A DNA stretch of 64,000 bases from an uncultured delta proteobacterium (lineage in GTDB: Bacteria > Myxococcota_A > UBA9160 > SMWR01). Within the stretch, counting starts at the first letter, position 1, and each line of letters starts with the position of its first letter. Made by a program: the position numbers and the translations under genes. The stretch spans positions 736,001 to 800,000 of the forward strand of contig CAWHTE010000007.1 in assembly GCA_963832165.1 (NCBI GenBank). The letters run 5' to 3'. Shown in pieces: positions 54,809-64,000 of this stretch. The notes under the pieces were generated by a model, which worked only from the letters and a program-made list of their open reading frames with translations, had not been told where the DNA came from and made no database searches.

Positions 54809-55672
54809 ATGTCTTCGAGAGCCGAGCCCGCCGCGCTAGAGCGCAAGCGAAGCGTCCAGCGCCGCGTGAAGAAGGCGGTGCGCCGCGTCCTGATGGCGAT
54901 CGGCCTCGCCACGGTTCCCTATCTCTATGTCGCCTACATGTGGTTCGTGTACCGCACGAGCCGCGTGGAGGAGCTCGGCCCGAGTCCGGGTGTCGCGCGG
55001 CGCTGGATCGGCCGCGGCGTGTTCGCGCTCTGGCACGACGAGGTGTTCTTCGTCGCCTACTCCTTCGGGAAGTACCACCCCGAGGCGCTCGCGAGCCAGG
55101 GCGACTCGGGCTCGATCATCACGCGCATGCTCGAGGTGTGCGGATATCAGGTCTTCCGCGGTGGATCCTCCTCGGGAGATCAGCGTCGCTCCGCCGCGAT
55201 CGTGCGCGACATGGTCTCGCGCATGAAGTCGCATCCCGGCGTGATCTACGGACTCACCACCGACGGCTCGAAGGGACCCATCTACCGCATGAAGAAGGGC
55301 GCGGCCCACATCGCCGCGAAGGGTGGCGCGCCCGTGTTCGTGCTGAAGAGCTGGTGCAAGCGCTATGTCCAGCTCCCCACCTGGGACCGCACGCTCGTGC
55401 CGCTTCCGTTCAACCACATCGTGCATGTCTACAAGGGCCCGATCTGGCCGCGCGCGGACGTTCCGGAAGACGACCGCTTCGGCGCGTTCTGCCAGGACGT
55501 GGAGCGCGAGCTGTGGCGGGTATCGGCCTATGCGCGCCGTCGCGTCGAGGGACAGCCGCCGCCGCGCGAGTGGATCGATCAGTTTCCCGAGCCCGCGCGC
55601 GAGCTGATGGCGCGCGCGGAGGATCCGGCCCCGCTGTTCATGCCGCATGGCACCGACGCCATTCGTGCCTGA
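54809..55672 (+). CDS. DUF374 / lysophospholipid acyltransferase superfamily protein
   Basis: ALWHDE, RGGSSS, TTDGSKGP, TWDRTLVPLPF, N-terminal TM segment. Start uncertain. Confidence 0.72.
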   Translation: MSSRAEPAALERKRSVQRRVKKAVRRVLMAIGLATVPYLYVAYMWFVYRTSRVEELGPSPGVARRWIGRGVFALWHDEVFFVAYSFGKYHPEALASQGDSGSIITRMLEVCGYQVFRGGSSSGDQRRSAAIVRDMVSRMKSHPGVIYGLTTDGSKGPIYRMKKGAAHIAAKGGAPVFVLKSWCKRYVQLPTWDRTLVPLPFNHIVHVYKGPIWPRADVPEDDRFGAFCQDVERELWRVSAYARRRVEGQPPPREWIDQFPEPARELMARAEDPAPLFMPHGTDAIRA

Positions 55673-56558
55673 GCTCGACGGGCTCGCAGCGATCGTCACG
55701 GGATCGAGCCACGGGATCGGCCGCGAGGTGGCGCACGCGTTCGCTGCGGCGGGGGCGCGCGTGGTCGTGAACGGATCGCCGGACCGCGATGGGCGATCTG
55801 CCGCGGCGGAATCGGTGGTGAGCGAGATCGCCGCGCGCGGCGGAACGGCGGTCGCGTGCGCGGCCTCGGTGGCGGATTTCGAAGCGGCCGGCTCACTCGT
55901 GGAGCGCTGCGTCGCGGAGTTCGGCAGGGTCGACGTACTCGTGAACTGCGCGGGTGTCCCGGAGCCCGACGGTGCCTCGATCCTCGACATGAGCGAGCGC
56001 GACTGGCGCGCCGTGGTCGACGTTCACCTGGGCGGCACCTTCCACTGCTGCCGACACGCGGCTCCGCGCATGGTGGCGCAGCGAGCGGGTGCGATCATCA
56101 ACACGAGCTCGCATTCCTTCCTGGGCATGTACGCGGGCGTCGCCTATCCCGCCGCGAAGGGCGCGATCAACAGCCTCACGTTTGCGCTCGCCACCGAGCT
56201 GCGCGAGCACGGCGTGCGCGTCAACGCGGTCTGTCCGGGGGCCAGGACCCGGCTGTCGAGCGGGCCCGGGTACGAGCGCAAGATCCACGACCTCCATGCG
56301 CGCGGGATCCTCTCGGACGCGATGCGCGACGTCTCGCTCGATCCGCCCGAGCCGCGCTTTGCGGCGCCGATCTACGCGTTCCTCGCGAGCGAACGCGCGC
56401 GCGGCATCACGGGGCGCTTGTTTTCCGCGTCGGGAGGCTACCTGGGAGTGTTCGCGCAGGGCGCGGAGAAGATGCTGGCCTATCGCGACCACCGCGCTGC
56501 GACGCCCTGGCGGGTCGGCGAGATCGCCGCGGCGGTCGCGCAGCAGGGCCTAGACTGA
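55647..56558 (+). CDS. Short-chain dehydrogenase/reductase
   Basis: TGSSHGIG, LVNCAG, YPAAK, VRVNAVCPGA. True start may be GTG 55665. Confidence 0.9.
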   Translation: MAPTPFVPELDGLAAIVTGSSHGIGREVAHAFAAAGARVVVNGSPDRDGRSAAAESVVSEIAARGGTAVACAASVADFEAAGSLVERCVAEFGRVDVLVNCAGVPEPDGASILDMSERDWRAVVDVHLGGTFHCCRHAAPRMVAQRAGAIINTSSHSFLGMYAGVAYPAAKGAINSLTFALATELREHGVRVNAVCPGARTRLSSGPGYERKIHDLHARGILSDAMRDVSLDPPEPRFAAPIYAFLASERARGITGRLFSASGGYLGVFAQGAEKMLAYRDHRAATPWRVGEIAAAVAQQGLD

Positions 56559-56587
56559 CGCGATCTCGCGGGGGTACCTTCGCCGCC

Positions 56588-57379
56588 GTGTCTGGGCCGG
56601 ACGACCTGGCGGATGCGATCCGGAGCGACGGCTACGTCGTCGTGCCCGACCTCATCACTCCGCGCGACGTGCGCGAGATCGCGGACTCGCTGAAGCCCTG
56701 GCTCCAAGGGCGATATTTCGGCCGCAACGACTTCGAAGGCTTCCGCTCCGAGCGCGTATACGCGCTGCTCGCGAAGAGCCCCGCGATCGCGCGGATCGTC
56801 GAGCACCCGCTCGTGCTCGCGGTCTGCGACCGCCTGCTCCGGCCGCATTACCGGCTCTCTGCGTGCCTCGCGATCCAGGTACACCCCGGTGAGACGCCGC
56901 AGGGCTGGCACTTCGACGACGCCTACGTCGCGATCCCGCGCCCGCGTCCGATGATGGGCGTCTCGGCGATCTGGGCGTTCGACGACTTCACTGACGAGAA
57001 CGGCGCCACCGAGGTGATCCCGGGCTCTCATCGCTGGGGCGCCTCGGACGAGGCCGCGCCGGACGACCCGCGCGCGGTGCGGATCCGGATGGCGGCCGGA
57101 TCGGCGGTGCTATTCGCGGGCACGCTGGTGCACCGCGGCGGCGCGCACCGCGGCACTTCCACGCGGCTCGGCATCACGCCGCAGTACTGCGAGCCGTGGG
57201 TGCGGCAGATCGAGAACATGGCGCTCGCGGTGCCGCCCGAGCTCGCGCGCGGCTACTCGGAACGCATCCAGGAGCTGCTCGGCTACGACGTGATCGAGCC
57301 GTTCATCGGCTACGTCGATGGCGTACACCCCAAGCGCCTGCTCGGCCCCGAGTACGCGGCGCGCATGAAGCGGAGCTGA
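56588..57379 (+). CDS. Phytanoyl-CoA dioxygenase (PhyH) family Fe(II)/2OG enzyme
   Basis: QGWHFDD (HxD), DDFTDENGATEVIPGSH, LVHRGG, R.GITPQY. Confidence 0.9.
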   Translation: MSGPDDLADAIRSDGYVVVPDLITPRDVREIADSLKPWLQGRYFGRNDFEGFRSERVYALLAKSPAIARIVEHPLVLAVCDRLLRPHYRLSACLAIQVHPGETPQGWHFDDAYVAIPRPRPMMGVSAIWAFDDFTDENGATEVIPGSHRWGASDEAAPDDPRAVRIRMAAGSAVLFAGTLVHRGGAHRGTSTRLGITPQYCEPWVRQIENMALAVPPELARGYSERIQELLGYDVIEPFIGYVDGVHPKRLLGPEYAARMKRS

Positions 57380-57389
57380 AGAGCAAGCG

Positions 57390-58436
57390 ATGCAGGCGTG
57401 GGTCGTGCGCGGCACGGGAAGCCCCAGCGACGTGTTCGAATGGCGCGATGCGCCCGAGCCGAGTCATGCGGCGATGCGCGAGCTCACGGTCGATCTCGCG
57501 GGTCTGCGGACGCGCGTCGGCGACGAGCCGCCCGCTTCTGCATACGTCTTCGTGCGGGTACTCGCGGCCGCGCTTGCCACGCCCGACGTGACGATGGCGA
57601 CGGGCGAGTACCCGGTGCCGATCGCGCGTCCCTACGTATCGGGCCAGGAGGCGGTCGGTGTCGTCGAGGAGGCGTCTCCGGGGCTCTCCACCTGGATCGG
57701 CAAGCGCGTGATGGGATTCACGCCGCAGCCCTTCGGCAGCTTCGCGCCGCGCGCCGTGATGTTCCCGCCCGTGATCTACGAGGTGCCCGACGCGCTCTCC
57801 GATACCGATGCGGCGGGCTTCGTGATCCCGGCGCACACCGCCTATCACGCGGTCCATCGCCGCGGCCAGGTGAGCGCGGGCGAGACCGTACTCGTGCTCG
57901 GCGCGGCCGGAGGCGTTCCTTCTTCGGCGGTGCAGCTCGCGGCCGCTGCGGGCTGCCGCGTGATCGCGGTCGCGGGCGGTGCGGACAAGGTGGCGTTCTG
58001 CCGCGAGCTCGGCGCGCAGATCGCGATCGACCACCAGCGCGAAGACTTCGTGTCCGCCGTGCTGCGCGAGGTCGGCCCCGCGGCGGTCGATGCGATCATC
58101 GACTTCGTGCAGGGCGAGCCGGGCAGGCGCGCGCGGCCGCTGCTCGCGGTGGAAGGTCGCCACGTGCTCGCGGGGCACGCGGCCGGCCTGATCGAGATCC
58201 ATCCGAACGAGTTCTATCTCCAGAACTGGACGCTCGTGGGCACGTGCATGGGCGCGGGCTACGGTGCGCGCGGCGCACAGCTCGAGGAGACCGCGCATGA
58301 GCACGTCATGAAGCTGTTTGGCGAGGGCCGATATCGCGCCACCACGACGCGCGTGATCGGGCTGCGCGAGGTGCCCGCGGCGCTCGCCGATCTCCACGCG
58401 CGCCGGACGCGCGGCCGCGTCGTGGCGGTGATCTGA
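57390..58436 (+). CDS. MDR superfamily NADPH:quinone oxidoreductase-like protein
   Basis: SGQEAVGVV, TAYHAV..RGQVSAGETVLVLGAAGG, TRGRVV. Confidence 0.85.
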   Translation: MQAWVVRGTGSPSDVFEWRDAPEPSHAAMRELTVDLAGLRTRVGDEPPASAYVFVRVLAAALATPDVTMATGEYPVPIARPYVSGQEAVGVVEEASPGLSTWIGKRVMGFTPQPFGSFAPRAVMFPPVIYEVPDALSDTDAAGFVIPAHTAYHAVHRRGQVSAGETVLVLGAAGGVPSSAVQLAAAAGCRVIAVAGGADKVAFCRELGAQIAIDHQREDFVSAVLREVGPAAVDAIIDFVQGEPGRRARPLLAVEGRHVLAGHAAGLIEIHPNEFYLQNWTLVGTCMGAGYGARGAQLEETAHEHVMKLFGEGRYRATTTRVIGLREVPAALADLHARRTRGRVVAVI

Positions 58437-59428
58437 TGCCGCGCTTTCTCGAGATCGCTGCAGGCGTGCTGGGTCTGCTCGTGCTCGCGCTCGGCGCGGC
58501 CTGGGGCTACTGGCTCTACACGCCCACGATCGAGCCGGTGCCCGCACTCGACGGCGAGCTGCTCGAGGGGTCGCTCAACGCGGGAGGTCGCGAGCGCCAC
58601 TTCCGTTGGTACCGGCCCGCCAAGCCCGCGGAGTCTCCGCCGCTCGTATTCGTGCTGCACGGCTCGCGCGGCGATGGTCGTTCGGCGCGCCGCATGACCT
58701 ACTACGAGTTCGATCGGCTCGCGGACCGGCACGGCTTCCTCGCCGTCTACCCCGACGGCTACGAGCAGCACTGGAACGACTGCCGCGCCGCGGCACCCTA
58801 CTCGGCGAACAAGAAGAACATCGACGACATCGCATTCTTGTCGGCGATGATCGACTTCTTCGTGGCCGAGCAGCACGCCAACCCCGACCGCGTCTACGTC
58901 ACCGGGTTCTCGAATGGCGGTCAGCTCGCCTACCGCGTCGCGCTCGAGCTGCCGGAGCGGGTCGCCGCCGTGGCACCCGTGGCGGCGTCATTGCCCGACG
59001 ACGCGAACTTCGACTGCAAGAAGTCGGGCAAGCCCGTGGCGATCATGGTGCTGAACGGCACCGCCGACCCGATGAACCCCTACGAGGGCGGTGAGGCGGC
59101 GCTCTACGGCGTGTTCGAACCCCGGGGTACGGTGCTGTCGACCGACGCCACGATCGGCTACTTCGCGAAGCTCGCGGGTCACGAATCCCCGCCGCGCATC
59201 GTGGAGTATCCCGACGTGGCAACCCACGATCACTCGCGCGCGCGGCTCCAGACCTGGAATGACGGCTCCGGCCCCGAGGTGGTGCTGCTCACGGTCGAGG
59301 GCGGCGGCCACACGTTCCCTCATCCCTTTCACCGTTTCCCGCGCCTGATCGGCGCGACCAACGCCGACCTCGACGCCGCCGCGGAGATCTGGCGCTTCTT
59401 CACCGACAAGCGTCGGCCTTCGCCCTGA
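58436..59428 (+). CDS. LpqC/PHB-depolymerase family esterase, membrane-anchored or exported
   Basis: N-terminal TM, PLVFVLHG, AVYPDG, DDIAFL, TGFSNGG, NGTADP, GGGHTFP. Confidence 0.87.
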   Translation: MPRFLEIAAGVLGLLVLALGAAWGYWLYTPTIEPVPALDGELLEGSLNAGGRERHFRWYRPAKPAESPPLVFVLHGSRGDGRSARRMTYYEFDRLADRHGFLAVYPDGYEQHWNDCRAAAPYSANKKNIDDIAFLSAMIDFFVAEQHANPDRVYVTGFSNGGQLAYRVALELPERVAAVAPVAASLPDDANFDCKKSGKPVAIMVLNGTADPMNPYEGGEAALYGVFEPRGTVLSTDATIGYFAKLAGHESPPRIVEYPDVATHDHSRARLQTWNDGSGPEVVLLTVEGGGHTFPHPFHRFPRLIGATNADLDAAAEIWRFFTDKRRPSP

Positions 59429-60056
59429 TCACCCGGAACGTGAGATTGAGGCGCGGGCCGACCGGTGCCGCGGTCTTCGGCAGCGCATGGCGCCAATGCT
59501 GTTGCGTGGTGCCGCGCATCACGAGCAGGCTGCCGTCGCGAAGCGACAGCGCGCGGCGCTCGCCGCTCTCGCGGTGGCGCATGGCGAAGCGGCGCGTGGC
59601 GCCGAGCGAGAGCGACGCGATCGCGATGTCGTCGCGCGCAGGGCCGAGCTCGCGCTCGTCGTCGGAGTGCCAGCCGACCGAATCGCGGCCGTCGCGGTAG
59701 TAGTTCGCGAGCACGGCATTCCAGGGGATCCCGGTGCGCTCGCAGAGCAGCGCGCGGACGCGCGCGAGGCCGGGCGTCCACGGTGCGGGCTCGTAGGTCT
59801 GGCCCGAGTAGCGATAGCGGCAGCCCGGATCACCGTGCCAGGAGATCAGTCTCGGCACCGCGACGGTCCTGCCGAACATCGCGAACGTGTCGCTGCGCAG
59901 TGGCAGCTCCGCCGCGAGCGCCTCCGCGCGCGGCCGCTCCGAGCCCGCGAGGAAATCGTGCCACCACTCGAGCCACGCCCCGTCGCCCAGGTCGATCCGC
60001 TCGGGGGCGCTGCCGCCGCCTCCGCGGCGCGTCCGTGCGTGTGCGACCCGAGCCAT
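59400..60056 (-). CDS. Alpha-ketoglutarate-dependent dioxygenase, AlkB family (ALKBH2/3-like)
   Basis: NYYRDGRDSVGWHSDDE, IASLSLGATR, WRHALPK, RLNLTFR. Confidence 0.92.
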   Translation of the reverse strand: MARVAHARTRRGGGGSAPERIDLGDGAWLEWWHDFLAGSERPRAEALAAELPLRSDTFAMFGRTVAVPRLISWHGDPGCRYRYSGQTYEPAPWTPGLARVRALLCERTGIPWNAVLANYYRDGRDSVGWHSDDERELGPARDDIAIASLSLGATRRFAMRHRESGERRALSLRDGSLLVMRGTTQQHWRHALPKTAAPVGPRLNLTFRVIRAKADACR

Positions 60057-60102
60057 CGGCGTAGAATATCCCGCTCACGCGCCCAGGCTGGAGACCCCCC
60101 GG

Positions 60103-61287
60103 ATGGTCGAGCTTCCCTTCGAGATCTTCGACGCCGACAACCACTACTACGAGGCCGAGGACGCGTTTACGCGCCATCTCGACCCGAAGATGCGTCGGCG
60201 CTGCATGGACTGGGCGGTGGTGAAGGGGCGCAAGGAGCTCCTGGTTGCGGGCGCAATCAACCGCTTCATCCCCAACCCCACGTTCAATCCGGTGGCGCGC
60301 CCGGGCTGCCTCGACCAGTACTACCGCGGCAAGAATCCGAAGGGGCACACGATCCGCGAGGCGTTCGGCGAGCTCGAGCCGATCCGCCGCGAGTACCGCG
60401 ACCGCGATGCGCGGCTCGAAGTGATGACGAAGCAGCGCATCGAGAAGGCGCTCTATTTCCCGACGCTCGGCGTCGGCATGGAAGAGGCGCTCAAGCGCGA
60501 CACCGAGGCGGTCCACTGCGCGTTCGAGGCGTTCAACCGCTGGCTGCTCGACGACTGGGGCTTCGCGTACAAAGAGCGGATCTACGGCGCGCCCTACATC
60601 TCGATCATGGACCGCGACCGCGGCATCCGCGAGCTCGAGTGGGCGCTCGAGCACGACGTGCGCTTCATCGTGATGAGACCTTCGTTCGTCTACCACGCGG
60701 GCGGCAGCCGCTCGCCGGCCGATCCGTATTACGATCCGTTCTGGCAGCTCGTCAACGATTCGGGCGTCGTGGTCGTCTACCACGGCGGCGACTCGGGCTA
60801 CGGCGACTACTCGAAGGACTGGGGAGAGGGCGGCACCACCGAGAGCTTCAAGGCGTCGCCGTTCCGCAGCATCACGATGCCGTCGAAGCCGCCGTTCGAT
60901 CTGTTCGCGGCGCTGATCTCGCACCAGCTCTTCCAGCGTTTCCCGAATCTCCGGATCGCGAGCATCGAGATGGGCTCGTTCTGGGTGCCGTGGCTGTTCC
61001 AATCGATGCAGCGGGTCTACGGACAGGAGCCGAGCTACTTCGCCGAAGATCCGCTCGACACCTTCCGGCGTCACATCTGGATCGCGCCGTTCCACGAGGA
61101 CGACATCACGCTGCTGCGCGATCTCGTGGGCGCCGAGAACATGGTGGCGGGCTCGGACTGGCCGCACGCCGAGGGCCTCACCGAGCCGACCGACTACGCG
61201 CTCGACCTGAAGGGCCTCTCCGACAAGGAGATCCGGCTCGTGATGCGCGAGAACGCGCTGGGTCTCTCGCAGCGGAGGCCCGTGTAG
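60103..61287 (+). CDS. Amidohydrolase_2 family protein
   Basis: DADNHYYE, FPTLG, YHGGDSGY, RFPNLRIASIE, GSDWPHAEG. Confidence 0.88.
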   Translation: MVELPFEIFDADNHYYEAEDAFTRHLDPKMRRRCMDWAVVKGRKELLVAGAINRFIPNPTFNPVARPGCLDQYYRGKNPKGHTIREAFGELEPIRREYRDRDARLEVMTKQRIEKALYFPTLGVGMEEALKRDTEAVHCAFEAFNRWLLDDWGFAYKERIYGAPYISIMDRDRGIRELEWALEHDVRFIVMRPSFVYHAGGSRSPADPYYDPFWQLVNDSGVVVVYHGGDSGYGDYSKDWGEGGTTESFKASPFRSITMPSKPPFDLFAALISHQLFQRFPNLRIASIEMGSFWVPWLFQSMQRVYGQEPSYFAEDPLDTFRRHIWIAPFHEDDITLLRDLVGAENMVAGSDWPHAEGLTEPTDYALDLKGLSDKEIRLVMRENALGLSQRRPV

Positions 61288-61289
61288 CC

Positions 61290-62741
61290 ATGCGAGACGT
61301 CCGCATCGCGATCATCGGGGCCGGCATGGCCGGAGTGTTGTCGGCGATCAAGCTCAAGGAGGCCGGGATCACCAACTTCATCGTCTACGAAAAGGCGAGC
61401 CGACTCGGTGGGACCTGGCGCGAGAACACCTACCCCGGTCTCGGGTGCGACGTGCCGTCGCACCTCTACAGCTACTCGTTCGCGCTGAATCCGAGCTGGA
61501 GCCACCGCTATTCGCCGGGCCCGGAGATCCAGGAGTATCTCGAGCGCACGGCCATGGAGCACGGTGTGCTGCCGTTCTTCCGCTTCGGCGACGAGGTGGT
61601 GCGCTGCACATTCGAGCGCGGTCGCTGGCAGATCGAGACCAGGAGCGGCCAACGCGACGAGGTCGACATGATCATCGCGGCCACGGGCGTGCTCCATCAC
61701 CCGAAGATTCCGAAGTTCGAGGGCCTCGAGAGCTTCGAGGGCGCGGCGTTTCACAGCGCGCGCTGGGACCACTCGGTGCCGCTCGACGGCCGCCGCGTCG
61801 GCGTGATCGGCACGGGCTCCACCGCGGTGCAGATCACCGGCGCGCTCACCGAACGCGCCGCGAGGTACACGCTGTTCCAGCGCACGGCACAGTGGGTGAT
61901 GCCCCAGGAGAATCCGGCCTATTCCGAGGACGAGCAGGCCGCGTTCCGCGACGATCCGGACCTCTTGCGCGGCCTGCACAACGACCTCTCGAAGCTGTTC
62001 GCGGAGGGGTTCGCGAGCGGGCTCGTAGATGCCGATTCGCCCGCAATGGCGGCGATCGCCGCGGCGTGCCTGCAGAACCTCGAAGACAACGTGCGCGACC
62101 CCGAGCTCAAGGAGCGGCTGCGCCCGAACTACCGCGCGGCGTGCAAGCGGCTCGTGATCTCGCACAACTTCTACGAGGCGATCCAGCGCCCGAACGCCGA
62201 GCTCGTCACCTCCGCGATCGAGCGCATCGAGCCGCGCGGCGTGCGCACCGCGGACGGGCGCCTGCACGACCTCGATGTGCTCGTGCTCGCAACGGGCTTC
62301 CAGGTCGATCGCTTCCTGCGCCCGATCGACGTGATCGGACGCGGCGGCGTGCGCCTCGCCGAGTTCTGGGAGAAGCGCCCGCTCGCATACCTGTCGATTG
62401 CGATTCCCGGGTTTCCCAACTTGTTCATGCTGAACGGGCCGAACGGACCGGTCGGCAACTTCTCGCTGATCGAGGTCGCGGAGATCCAGTTCCGCTACAT
62501 CGAGAAGCTGATCGATCTGCTGCGCTCGGGCCGCGCGCGAGAGATCAGCGTGTCCGCTGCGGCCACCGAGCAGCTCGAGGCCGAGCGCGTCGAGGCCGCG
62601 CGCAACACCATCTGGAGCAGCGGCTGCCGCAGCTGGTACCTCGACGATCGCGGCATCCCGATGACCTGGCCGTGGACGTTCGAGCGCTTCCGAGCGGAGA
62701 TGGACGGGCCCAAGCTCGAGGCGTACGAGCTCGTCGCGTGA
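61290..62741 (+). CDS. Baeyer-Villiger-type flavin monooxygenase
   Basis: GAGMAG, GGTWRENTYPG..CDVPSHLY, BVMO fingerprint FEGAAFHSARWD, GTGSTAVQ, ATGF. Confidence 0.93.
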   Translation: MRDVRIAIIGAGMAGVLSAIKLKEAGITNFIVYEKASRLGGTWRENTYPGLGCDVPSHLYSYSFALNPSWSHRYSPGPEIQEYLERTAMEHGVLPFFRFGDEVVRCTFERGRWQIETRSGQRDEVDMIIAATGVLHHPKIPKFEGLESFEGAAFHSARWDHSVPLDGRRVGVIGTGSTAVQITGALTERAARYTLFQRTAQWVMPQENPAYSEDEQAAFRDDPDLLRGLHNDLSKLFAEGFASGLVDADSPAMAAIAAACLQNLEDNVRDPELKERLRPNYRAACKRLVISHNFYEAIQRPNAELVTSAIERIEPRGVRTADGRLHDLDVLVLATGFQVDRFLRPIDVIGRGGVRLAEFWEKRPLAYLSIAIPGFPNLFMLNGPNGPVGNFSLIEVAEIQFRYIEKLIDLLRSGRAREISVSAAATEQLEAERVEAARNTIWSSGCRSWYLDDRGIPMTWPWTFERFRAEMDGPKLEAYELVA

Positions 62742-62969
62742 TCTTCACAACTTCGTGATCGCCGATTGCGAATAGTCGCCACCTCCAGCCAGCCGACGCT
62801 CAGCGTCTCGCGAGGCTTCGGCGAATCCGAAGCGCTTGTGTGGTGGTCTGGTGCTCTCAAAAAGCCTCGCCAGCTCCACACGAACACGAGGCCATTCGCG
62901 TTCACCTTCAAGAGCTCAGTCGCTTCCCCGCGAGATGGTAGCCAGGCCATCGGCGCAGCGTTTTTCATC

Positions 62970-62989
62970 AACTGGATTTGAATCCAGTT
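62970..62989. promoter_or_regulatory. Perfect inverted repeat AACTGGATT-tg-AATCCAGTT upstream of the HNH gene
   Basis: 9-bp arms with a 2-nt spacer in a lower-GC intergenic segment. Function unknown. Confidence 0.45.
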
Positions 62990-63101
62990 CGTTCTGGAGA
63001 ATCGCAGTCAGAAGCGGGACGGAGTAACATAACAACCCATTTCGATCAAATATGTGTTAGTCTTCGTCTACCTCACCCCGATGAATCGTGAGGTGGACGA
63101 C

Positions 63102-64000
63102 ATGACGGACTCGCTCGCTGAGCTGGCGAACGCTCAGTTGCTCTCTCGGGTGCGGGAGTTGATTCTCCGGGGAAACGAAGTCGAGGCTGATCTTCTTGCG
63201 CATCTCGGCGAGGTCGATGCCCGGCGGCTCTATCTCGAGGAGGGCTGCTCCTCGATGTTCATCTACTGCCAGCGCGTGCTTCACTTCGCGGAAGGCGTGG
63301 CCTACAAACGCATTCAGGCCGCACGTACGGCCCGATTGCATCCAGAGATCCTGGAGGAGGTACGCCGCGGTAATCTCCACCTGACGGCCGTCGGGCTGCT
63401 CGCGCCAAAACTAACGAACGCGAATTGCGCGGAGCTGATCCGATTTGCACGCCATCGCAGCGCCGACGAGATCCGGAGCCTGCTCGCAGAGCGCGCGCCG
63501 CGGCCCGCAGTTCCGACGACTGTGCGGCGGCTGCCCGAGCCGATGGAGGTACCTGCGCCGCCCGGGCCGATGCCGCAACTGACACCGGCACCCACGCTCC
63601 CCGTGCGCGCCATCAGATTCCGGATGGCGACGTCGGAAAGATTCTCGCTCGCGCTGTCACGGTAGTGCTCACGCAGGTCCGAAAGCGGAAGTTCGCAGAG
63701 ACTCAGACGCCGAGATCCGCCTCGTCGGATCGACCGTCCAATGGAACTCCTTCCCGACACATCCCAGCGGAGACTCGCCGCGCCGTCTGGAATCGCGACG
63801 GGGGTCGCTGTACCTACGTTTCGTCGGACGGACGGCGCTGTGACTCGCGGGAGTTCGTGGAGTTCGATCATGTCGAAGCCTGGGCTTGGACGAAGTCCCA
63901 CCCGTTGAACGGCATCACGTTGCGTTGCCGAGCGCACAATCAGCAGCGCGCCCGGGTCGATTTCGGGGAGATGCACATGGCGAAGGTCCGGCGACGGACA
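63102..64000 (+). pseudogene. DUF222-like + HNH endonuclease (myxobacterial multi-copy type), frameshifted near 63600, 3'-truncated by the window edge
   Basis: N-part: LLAHLGEVDARRLY..GCSSMFIYC..LHFAEGVAYKRIQAAR. From 63602 in another frame: RHQIPDGD..VRKRKFA..SRHIPAETRRAVWNRDGGRCTYVSSDGRRC..EFDHV..LRCRAHNQ. Confidence 0.75.

Noticed and set aside
62495..62981. Small ORFs on both strands between the BVMO and HNH genes
   Set aside because: No recognisable motifs, atypical codon usage, and the minus-strand ORF overlaps the BVMO gene. Treated as intergenic.

Overview
This is a very GC-rich bacterial chromosome segment (roughly 70% by eye). The gene families present (multi-copy-type HNH protein, PEP-CTERM proteins, many lipid/aromatic catabolic enzymes) suggest Myxococcota or a related deltaproteobacterial lineage; that is inference only. 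About 56 densely packed CDSs can be supported, mostly accessory oxidoreductases and hydrolases. Also present are a TetR-controlled RND pump, recQ, opgG-opgH, a tungsten-type aldehyde:ferredoxin oxidoreductase with MoaD, a thiolase next to an HMGS-like/DUF35 fusion (PhlABC-like), and an HxlR/Mo-bisPGD/GST/atypical-SDR cluster. The most unusual block is 36.8-45.4 kb: a TpsB transporter, a Cys-rich PEP-CTERM protein, a filamentous-haemagglutinin TpsA that appears to run in frame into TPR repeats and an intact CHAT (caspase-like) protease, and a convergent PEP-CTERM cyclophilin. The window ends in an internally deleted HNH endonuclease gene. Several genes carry single-base frameshifts, some in short C/G runs, which look like long-read consensus errors. 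I found no rRNA, tRNA, CRISPR array or transposase. All product calls come from motif recognition, not database searches.
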